Shown here: positions 1 to 12,000 of the stretch, one piece after another
Layout: every line of letters begins with the position of its first letter
How positions within the stretch are numbered: the first letter of the stretch is position 1
Source of the DNA: Thermoplasmata archaeon
Lineage (GTDB): Archaea > Thermoplasmatota > Thermoplasmata > GCA-020350865
DNA length: 64,000 nt
Assembly (NCBI GenBank): GCA_020348445.1
Contig: CP070751.1
Location: 4,717,060-4,781,059, forward strand
Direction: 5' to 3'
Made by a program: the position numbers and the translations under genes
The notes under the pieces: model-generated
What the model was told of the DNA's origin: nothing
The model's database searches: none
The model's input: only the letters and a program-made list of their open reading frames with translations

Positions 1-4
1 CGCT

Positions 5-3000
5 GTGGCTACGATTCTCATTTTTGGAATGTTCGTTTTGGCTGTAACACCGCCAGGAGAGGAACCAGATACAATTGAAGATTGGCCTTCCGAAAATGAG
101 TGGATTAACTACACATTTAGAGGAGAGAGAATCCGGGATTGGGAAGACAAACCCTATGAGAACGATCCCACCCATGGAATTGCCAATGTGCAGCCCGATG
201 CTGTTGACATCGCATCTGGTGTGGATGCATCTGGTGGAGGAGCCGGCAACAATCCTGGCAACTACACATCGGTTCAATATTTTTACGATGACGTCAATGG
301 AGATAGCGATGGATTCAACAACATAGATGATGACTGGCTGTTTCTAAGAATGAGAGTTGCTGGGGACCCAAGACATTCAGGAAAATATTACTATAAAGCA
401 TATCATTGGGATATCCTTTTAGAGATAGACGGTGACATCTATAGTGAATTTGTTGTGGATATAAATGGAGGAGGGGGCTATTTCCAGTTTGGAACCGTCG
501 GCGTTTACTACAACGATACTGAAGATTACGAATATGATCCAGACAATGATTGGGTGTGGCTACAGGAGGCCAGGAAGGCCAAGAACAATTTCACAAGAGT
601 GCAAGAAATCGGCTACGGAACCGATACCGAAGATGACGACCAATGGTGGATAGAATACAGAATTCCTGTAACCGCGTTTACAGATTATGATGACAACCAG
701 CTGCTGGGTGCAGATACCGATTTTCTATTATTTTTCAGCACATCGGCATCCATGACAAATCCACTTCAGAAGGACTGGATGGGAGAGTACGTTTTCGGCG
801 AGCCAGCCAATATTACAGTTGAAAAGACTGTAGAGGAGGATATTGTTGCAGCTGGCGATATCTTACATTATAAAATCTATTACAATAATACTGGTGAATT
901 CAATGCCAATCATGTATGGATAAACGACACTATTCCAGAATATACCACGTTTGTGGAGTGCTCCCCACCCTATGATTCAGTGGATGGACGAACCTACACC
1001 TGGCATTTTACAGATGTGGAATCTGGGAATCATACAGTCTATCTCAATGTTTCTGTTGATAGCGATGTTCCTGATGGAACTATACTCAGGAATGTGGTTG
1101 TGCTGAACTACACCGATGATCACGATGAAGAGAAACCAGGCTCAGAGGACGAAACTGAGAATGAAGTAGAGGGCCCGTTCATGGACTTTGCAAAGGATGC
1201 AGATCTAACATTCGCTGATCCTGGGGACACCATAAACTACACTCTTACATATGAAAACACGGGAAGTGGTGGGGCATACAATGTGGTGATAACAGACATA
1301 TTACCTGATCATGTGGAATTCGATTATAGTGTCCCAGCACCGACTTCAGTTGACGGAAATACCCTTACCTGGGAGTTTGGTGTTGTATCTGGATTCAGTG
1401 TGAATTACATCTATGTCTATGTAACTGTGGATGCTTACACAGAGAACGGAACCTATCTTGTCAACTTTGCCAACATGAGCTACGAGGATGTCAACGAGAA
1501 TCCATATCCCACCTTGGAGGATTGGGCAAATGTCACTGTTGTTGCTCCCTTGATGACCATCTCAAAGACAGCGGATGTCACAGTGGCCGACCCTGGAGAT
1601 CAGATAATCTACACCATCGATTACGAGAATACTTGGTCGGGTGACGCAACCAATGTGGTAATTGAAGATACCATAGATCCTGACACCACCTATGTCAACG
1701 CATCTTTAGCTCCATCAAACATTGCAGGAGATGTTATCACATGGAATATCGGGACCATATCCGGTGGGGGCTCAGGAAGCATAACTCTGATTGTGAAGGT
1801 AGATGTAAATGTGGAAGATGGGACTACATTGACGAACATAGTGACCCTTAACTATGATGATGCTAACGGCAATCCTCAGGATGAAGAGACAGATAGTGTG
1901 AATGTGAGTGTCACTGCCCCTGATATGACAATATCCAAGTCCGCTGATGTGAGCTATGCAGATCCAGGAGATGAAATCACCTATAACATAACCTATGAGA
2001 ATACCGGCTCAGGTGTTGCGGCACAAGTCTGGATAGTTGACACTATACCCTCATATACAACCTATGTTTCCTCCTCACCTGCGTATACCTCAGTCTCAGG
2101 AGATTCGTATACATGGCATTTCACGAATGTCAGTCAGGGCACTTACTACATAACATTAAAAGTGAAGGTGGATGTGGGAACAGTCCCCGGAACAATTTTG
2201 ATTAACAATGTTACCCTAGACTATACGGACGCAAACGGCAACCAGCCCTACGATACAGAGGACGATTCTGCCACTGTAACTGTCACGGCTCCAGATATTA
2301 CCCTGAGTAAAGAAGCTGATGTGACTACTGCAGATCCTGGTGATATCATCACATACAACATAACCTACTCGAACAACGGAAACGGATTGGCAGCTCATGT
2401 GTGGATAAATGACACCATACCTACAGATACAACATTTGTATCATCATCGGTAAACTACACTGCTAAATCAGGTGATACATACACATGGCACTTTACAGAT
2501 ATTGGTCCTGGCGCCTACTATATAATTCTAAAAGTGAGGGTAGATGTGGGTACAGAACCGGGAACGACATTAACAAACTATGTTACCTTGGAATACACAG
2601 ATGCAAACGGTAACCAACCGTACGATACTGAGCAAGATTCAGCAACTGTTACCGCCACAGCTCCTGCCATGACCATAAGCAAGAATGCAGATGTCACCAC
2701 CGCTGATCCAGGTGACCTCATCATCTACAATATCACATACTCAAACAATGGAAACGGAGTGGCAGCTCATGTCTGGATTAATGATACCATACCTGCAGAT
2801 ACAACATTTGTATCGTCATCGGTAAACTACACTGCTTCCTCCGGTGACACATATACCTGGCACTTTACAGATGTTAATCCAGGCACTTACTATATAATCC
2901 TAAAAGTAAGGGTCGATGTGGGCACAGAACCCGGAAAGACATTAACTAACGATGTTACCTTAGATTACACAGATGCAAACGGTAACCAGCCATACGATAC

Positions 3001-6000
3001 CGAGCACGATTCAGCAGCTGTAACAGCCACTGCTCCTGACATGATCATTAGCAAGAATGCTGATGTTACTACTGCTGATCCTGGCGACATCATCACATAC
3101 ACTATAACATATTCAAACAACGGAAACGGAGTAGCTGCCCATGTATGGGTAAACGATACTATACCTGGGGATACAACATTTGTATCATCATCGCCAAACT
3201 ATACTGCCTCATCTGGTGATACATACACATGGCACTTCACAGATGTTGACCCAGGCATCTTCTATATCATCCTTAAAGTAAGGGTAGATGTGGGCACAGA
3301 ACCCGGAACGATATTAACTAACAATGTTACCTTAGAATACACAGATGCAAACGGTAACCAGCCATACGATACCGAGCAGGATTCAGCAACTGTAACAGCC
3401 ACTGCTCCTGACATGACCATAAGCAAGAATGCTGATGTAAGCACTGCCGATCCAGGAGACATCATCACATACAATATAACATATTCGAGCAACGGAAACG
3501 GTGTCGCAGCCCATGTCTGGGTAAACGATACCATACCTGGGGATACAACATTTGTATCATCATCGCCAAACTTTACAGCCTCATCTGGTGATACATACAC
3601 ATGGCACTTCACAGATGTTGATCCAGGCACTTACTATATAATTCTAAAAGTAAGGGTCGATATCGGTACAGCTCCAAGTACAATCTTACATAACGAAGTT
3701 ACTTTGGATTACACAGATGCAAACGGCAACCAGCCTTATGATACCGAGACAGATTCTGTGAACGTTACAGTCACCGCTCCCGAGATAACAGTTGGTAAAG
3801 ATGCGGATGTCAGCTTTGCCGATCCAGGAGACATAATCACTTATAATATAACATACTCGAACAACGGAAACGGTGTCGCAGCCCATGTCTGGGTGAACGA
3901 TACAATACCTGATCATACAACTTTTGTATCTTCGTCCCCTAACTACACAGCTTTATCTGGAAGCAAATACACCTGGCACTTCACAGATGTCGATCCCGGC
4001 ACCTATTATATAATCCTAAAAATGAGGGTAGATGTGGGTACAGCCCCAAGTACAATATTGCATAACGAGGTTACCTTGGATTATATGGATGCAAACGGGA
4101 ATCAACCGTATGACACACAAACTGATTCTGTGAATGTTACAGTGACTGCCCCTGATATGACAATAAATAAAGATGCTGATGTTACAGTAGCAGACCCAGG
4201 CGACATCATCACATACAATATAACATACTCGAACAACGGAAACGGTGTGGCTGCCCATGTCTGGGTGAACGATACAATACCTGGAGATACAACATTTGTA
4301 TCATCATCTCCGAACTATACAGCCTCATCTGGTGACACCTACATATGGCACTTCACCAATGTCAATCCTGGCACCTATTACATAATTCTTAAAGTAAGTG
4401 TCGATGTGGGCACGGCTCCAAGTACAATATTGCATAACGAGGTTACCTTGGATTATATGGATGCAAATGGAAATCAACCGTATGACACACAAACTGATTC
4501 TGTGAACGTTACAGTGACTGCCCCTGATATGACTATAAGTAAGAATGCTGATGTAACCACGGCTGATCCTGGCGATGTCATCACATACAATATTACATAT
4601 TCGAACAACGGAAACGGTATAGCAGCTCATGTCTGGGTGAATGATACAATACCTGGAGATACAACATTTGTATCATCATCTCCGAACTATACTGCTAAAT
4701 CAGGTGACACTTTCACATGGCACTTTACAGATGTCGGTCCAGGCACATACTATATAATCATAAAAGTAAAGGTCGATGTAGGCACAGAGCCCAGGACTAC
4801 ATTGCTTAATAATGTCACATTAGATTATACTGACGCAAACGGCAACCAGCCATACGATACTGAGAGTGATTTTGCAACTGTCACTGCCACGGCTCCTGAT
4901 ATGACTATCAGTAAAAATGCGGATGTAACCACCGCAGATCCGGGTGACTTTATCATCTACAATATCACCTACTCTAACAATGGAAACGGAGTAGCTGCCC
5001 ATGTCTGGGTAAAAGATACAATACCTGCAGATACTACATTTGTATCATCATCACCAAACTATACTTCTAAATCAGGTGACACTTTCACCTGGCACTTCAC
5101 AAATGTCGATCCAGGAACCTACTATATCATACTAAAAGTAAGGGTCGACGTGGGCACAGATCCAAGAACAACATTGCTTAATAATGTCACATTAGATTAT
5201 ACTGACGCAAACGGCAACCAGCCATATGATACTGAGAGGGACTCTGCAATTGTCACTGCCACTGCTCCAGACATGACCATAAGCAAGAATGCTGATGTTT
5301 CCACCGCAGATCCAGGTGACTTTATCATCTACAATATCACCTACTCAAACAATGGAAACGGTGTGGCAGCTCATGTCTGGGTAAAAGATACAATACCTGC
5401 AGATACAACTTATATTTCCTCATCACCAAACTATACTGCTAAATCAGGTGACACTTTCACCTGGCACTTCACAAATGTCGATCCAGGCACTTACTACATA
5501 ACACTGAAAGTCAAGGTGGATGTGGGTACCGATCCAAGAACAACATTGCTTAATAATGTCACATTAGATTATACTGATGCAAACAGCAACCAGCCATACG
5601 ATACTGAGAGGGACTCTGCAACTGTCACTGCCACTGCTCCAGACATAACCATAAACAAAAATGCTGACGTCAGTATAGCCGATCCCAGTGATATAATCAC
5701 ATACAATATCACATACTCAAACAATGGAAACGGCGTGGCAGCTCATGTCTGGATCAACGATACCATACCTGCAGATACAACATTTGTATCTTCATCACCA
5801 AACTATACTGCTTCCTCCGGTGACACATTCACCTGGCACTTCACAGATGTCGATCCCGGCACATGTTGGATAATACTGAAAGTAAGGGTTGATGTGGACA
5901 CACCCGATGGAACCACGCTTGTAAACGAAGTAACACTTGACTTTACTGATGACAATGGTAACCAGCCTTATCCCACCCAAAATGACACAGCAATTGTTTA

Positions 6001-9000
6001 TGTAACAGCTCCTACTATGATCATTATAAAAACCGCAAATACCAACAAGGCAGATCCAGGTGATACTGTAGTCTATACGATCTACTATGAAAACACAGGA
6101 ACAGGTGATGCAACAAATGTTGTAATAGAGGATACTTTACCTGAAAACGTTACCTTTGAGGATGCTGATCCCTATCCAAATTCCACAACAAGTGGTAAAC
6201 TCATTTGGAATATCGGAACTGTCCCTGGCGATACAGATGGTACGATTACAGTATGGGTTACCGTGAATATCGGTTCACCCGACGGTGAACTCTTGCGTAA
6301 TTTTGTTGTCCTTGAATATGATGATGACAACGAGAATCCGCAACCAGACGAGAACGATTCTGCAGATGTCACAGTCACAGCACCCGTGATGTCATTCTCC
6401 AAGTGTGTATGTCACAGATATGCTGATCCAGGGGATTACATACAGTATAGAATACAATATAGAAATTCGGGAAGTGGAAATGCAACAAATGTCGTTATAA
6501 TAGATACTCTATCCGAAAATATGACCCTTATAAGCTCTAATCCAGCCTATGACAATGTGAGTGGAAATGTATACAAATGGTATATCGGATTGGTGGGACC
6601 CTATACCCACGGATCCATTACCATTTTAGTTCAGGTCAATGTTGGAGTTGAGGATGGCACGGTTCTTCCCAATAAAGCGACACTTGATTATTCAGATGAT
6701 AATGGCAATCCATACGATAGGGAGACTCGATGGGCCAATGTCACTGTTACTGCTCCAATCATGACCATTGAAAAATCCGCAGATGTGATAAAAGCAGATC
6801 CCAGCGATTACATCACATACACAATTGAATATGAGAACACTGGAACAGGTGAGGCAACTGGAATCGTGATTGTTGACACAATCCCGGCCTATACAACATT
6901 CATAAACTCAACTCCAGCCTTTGATTATCAAAGCGGTAATTCCTACTATTGGAACTTCTCATCCGTTGCTGGCGAAACAAATGGAATCATAACCATAGTT
7001 GTTAAGGTGAATGCTTATACAACAGACGGTACCCTTTTGACAAATACCGTAACTCTCGACTACAACGATGCCAATGGAAATCCATATGACCAAGAGAACG
7101 ACACAGCCGAAGTTACAGTCACGGCTCCAGACATGATCATAATTAAGGTTTCAGATGTGGATGACGCTGATCCAGGTGATCCTATTGAATACACTTTGAC
7201 TTACATAAATCGCGGAAGCGGTATAGCAACTGATATTGTAATAACAGATACTATACCTGAACATACAACGTACGTGGACTCCGATCCAACCTATGACCAG
7301 GTCAGTGGTAGGATATACAAGTGGATAAATATCATAAACGTTGGACCGTACTCAAGCGGGAACATCACGATAACTGTGAGAGTGAACGTTGGCACCGCTG
7401 ATGGAATCCTACTGCGTAATAAGGCAACCCTGGATTACGACGATGCCAATGGAAATCCGTACCCGCAAGAGAACGATACAGCCGATGTCACTGTTACGGC
7501 TCCTGACATGATCATCGAGAAATCTGCATACGTGATCACCGCCGATCCCAGCGATTACATCACTTACACAATCGTGTATACGAACCTTGGAACAGGCGAG
7601 GCCACGGATGTTATCATAGTGGATAAGATTCCCGCAGATACAACCTTTAAAAACTCCACTCCAATGTTCGATTCACAAAGCGGTGATTTCTTTACCTGGA
7701 ACTTCAGCTCCATTTTAGGCCTATCAAATGGGACCATAACAATAATTGTCCAGGTTGACGCATACACCCCTGATGGGAGATTGCTTACAAACATTGCAAC
7801 CCTGGATTACAACGACGCCAATGGAAATCCGTACCCACAGGAGAACGATACAGCCCATGTTACAGTAACAGCCCCGGTATTAAGATTCGGTAAATTAGCT
7901 AATGTGGCCAAGGCCGATCCCTCGGACCCAATTGTGTATGCATTGACCTACTCAAATATCGGAACAGGCGTAGCAACTGATATCGTGGTTGCCGATACAA
8001 TACCAGGGGACACAACCTTCGTTTCCTCCAATCCGTCATACAGTTATGTTATCAACGACACTTATTACTGGAATGTCAGCACACTGGCAGGGGGTGCTAA
8101 CGGGTCAATAAAAATCACTGTCACCGTGAACGCAGGAACAGGCGATGGAAAGCTCCTTCATAATTCTGCTACCTTCGATTATGATGATGCCAACGGAAAC
8201 CCATACCCGCAAAAAGAAGCCTCTGCAGATGTCATAGTCACGGCTCCTGTATTAAATATCATAAAGACAGCCGATGTAGCAACTGCTGATCCCGATGATT
8301 TGATCACATATACAATCGTGTTTATCAATTCAGGAACTGGTAACGCAACAGATGTGTGGATAGTGGATACGATTCCTGCCTATACGACCTTCTTGAATGC
8401 TTCTCCATATTATGATTACAATGAAAACGACACCTACAAGTGGTATTTTGCCTTAGTCGAGGGAAGTACAAATATAACTATAACCATTCTTGTAAAAGTG
8501 GATGTGGGAACACCTGATGAGACTCTGCTTCATAATGGCGTAATACTCGAGTATTCCGACGATAACGGCAATCCACTTGATAATGAGACAAGTAGCGACG
8601 ATGTTATAGTTACGGCTCCCATTTTGTCACTTAACAAGACTGCGGATGTTGCCACCGCCGACCCGGATGATACCATCATATACACAATAAAATATGAAAA
8701 CAAAGGAACTGGTTGGGCCTCTCTCGTTGAGATAGTGGATACAATACCAGCAGATACCACCTTTGTTAGTGCATCAACAGGTTATAACGTATCAGGAGAT
8801 GTATATACATGGATCATTGGGAACCTAGCACCAAACGGATCCGGCATCATTACAATAACAGTCAAAGTAGATATTGCTACACCCGATGAGACAACCTTGC
8901 ATAACGAAGTAACACTTGACTGGGCAGATGCAAACGGCAATTACTACACACCACTTAGCGCCTATGCCGATGTTCGTGTTACAGCACCTCAGATGCACTT

Positions 9001-12000
9001 ATGCAAACAGGCAAGTGTAGAGTATGCCGACCCAGATGATACATTTGTATATACGTTGTACGCCCGTAACTATGGAACTGGTTGGGCAACTGGAGTGTTT
9101 GTCAACGATTCATTACCTTCATATCTGACACTGGTGAATGCCACACCCATGTACACCTACACCATTGGGAATCTACTTGTATGGAATGTTGGCACCCTGG
9201 CTCCAAATGGAGGCTTCATAAGAATATATATCACGGTCAGGGTCAATGTGAGTACACCTGATAAGACCAAACTCCATAATGTGAACACCCTCGATTATGC
9301 GGACGCCAACGGCAATTACTACCCGCAAAAGAGCAAATATGCAGATGTTATTGTGACAGCACCTGTTTTATCCTTATCCAAGACCGCGAGCGTAGCTAAA
9401 GCCAATCCTGGTGATATTATCACCTATACAATCAAATACAACAACACTGGGACGGGTTGGGCCTCCCTTGTAAAGATCGTTGATAAGATACCCGCATATA
9501 CAACCTTCTTAAATGCAACTCCTGGATATACCATATCAGGTAATGAATACACCTGGATCATAGGCAATTTCTCACCAAACGGAACAGGAGTTATTGTTAT
9601 TGTAGTTAAGGTTGATATTCCAACTCCAGACGGGATAACACTGCATAATGAGGTAAAACTCGACTGGGCAGATGCAAACGGCAACTACTACCCGCAATTA
9701 TGCGCTTATGCCGATGTTATAGTGACTGCTCCCATCTTGTCCATCACAAAAACAGCAGATAAATCTACTGCCAATCCCGGTGATATAATAACCTATACCA
9801 TCATATACGAGAATTCTGGAACTGGATGGGCAACACTTGTGAAGATAGTAGATACTATACCTTCAGATACCACATTCTTGAACTCCACTCCCATATATAG
9901 TAGCTTTTCTGATAACAAGTACACATGGATCATTGGCAACCTTACACCTGGTGGAAGCGGTAACATTACAATCATAGTCCGTGTAAATGTCCCGACCCCC
10001 GACCAGGCTCTTCTTCACAATAACGCAACATTGGATTGGGCAGATGCAAATGGCAACTACTATCCGCAACTGAGCGACTATGCAAATACATTTGTTACTG
10101 CACCGATTTTGACAATTCGCAAGACGGCCAGCAAAACGACAGCCGATCCAGGAGATACCATCACATATACAATAAAATACAACAACACAGGATCCGGCTG
10201 GGCCTCCCTTGTTAAGATAGTCGATACGATACCAGCAGAAACAACCTTCGTTAGCGCAACAGGTGTTTATAACATGTCTGGAGATAACATCACATGGGTA
10301 ATAGGCAACCTCGCTCCAAACAGCTCATTTATCATTACTATCACAGTCACAGTGGATATTCCCACCCCTGACGAGACTACACTGCACAACGAAGTCACCC
10401 TTGATTGGGCAGATGCAAATGGCAACTACTACCCGCAACTCAGTGACTATGCAGATGTTATTGTGACTGCTCCAATATTATTGTTCTCAAAATCCACATC
10501 TGATATCACTGCCGATCCTGGTGATACCCTTGTTTATACATTAGAATATGAGAATGTTGGTACAGGTTTGGCCACTCTGGTTGTGATCAGGGATAACATA
10601 CCCATAGCACATGTTACATTTGTGGGTGCTTCACCAAATTACACATCTGTTTCCGGTGGAATATTCACATGGAACATAGGTAACATTACGCCAGGTGCAA
10701 AAGGCACGATAAACGTTACCGTGAAAGTGAAGGCCTACACTGCTGACAAGACAATCCTTCACAATAACGCAACCCTTTCCTGGGCAGATGCCAACGGCAA
10801 TTACTACCCACAACTGAATGATTATGCTAATGTCCGAGTAACAGCCCCAGTAATGACACTCAACAAGACTGCAGATGTTGCTTATGCAGATCCAGGGGAT
10901 ACCATAATCTACACAATCAAATATACCAACTCGGGAACTGGTTGGGCCTCCCTTGTAAAGATCGTGGATAAGATCCCAGCAGATACAACCTTCCTAAACG
11001 CAACCCCAGGCTACAACATCTCATCTGTCGATGAATACACATGGACCATAGGCAATGTGGCGCCAAACAGCACAGCAACTATTACAATCATAGTTAAGGT
11101 GGATGTCCCAACACCTGATAAGACCCTTTTGCATAATTACGCAACCTTGGACTGGGCAGATGCAAATGGAAATCCCTATCCACAGCTGTACGATGATGCT
11201 GATGTGTATGTAACGGCTCCGGTTCTTTCAATAACAAAAACTGCAAACGTGACCACCGCATATCCCAATGAACCAATAACATACACAATAGAATATGAGA
11301 ACACAGGATCAGGGTGGGCAAGCCTCATCAAGATCGTTGATACCATATCCAATGACACTACATTAAAGAGCGCAACTCCAATGTATAATTCCTCCTCTGG
11401 CAACAAATACACATGGAATATCGGAAACCTAAAACCCGGTGGCAAAGGAACCATTACCATCGTGGTGGTAGTTAAGGAAGATACTCCCGATGAAACCCAC
11501 CTATCCAATTACGTCACCCTTGACTGGGCAGATGCAAACGGCAACTACTATCCGCAACTTGATGATTATGCCAATGTAACTGTTACAGCACCCATTATGG
11601 TGCTCGACAAGACGGCAGATAAGGAAACAGCAAATCCCGGCGATCTTATAATGTTTACGATAACATATATGAATCTTGGGACAGGCTGGGCAACTGGATT
11701 CTATATCAACGATACAATCCCCTTATTTACAACCTTTGTGGATGCTGATCCATGGTATACATCTGTTCTAAACCGCACCTACCATTGGTTCATAGGCAGT
11801 GTGGCTCCAGGGGCAGTGAAATACATCAATCTGACAGTCAGGGTAGATCCTTTCACGGAGGATCAATATATTATAAGAAATCAGATCGGCAATGTTTCTG
11901 CAGAGGTTCCTGTTACGGCCCCGATAATGGACATAAACAAGACAACAGATAAAACTAAGGCCAATCCTGGTGATGAAATTGTCTATACAATTACGTATAC

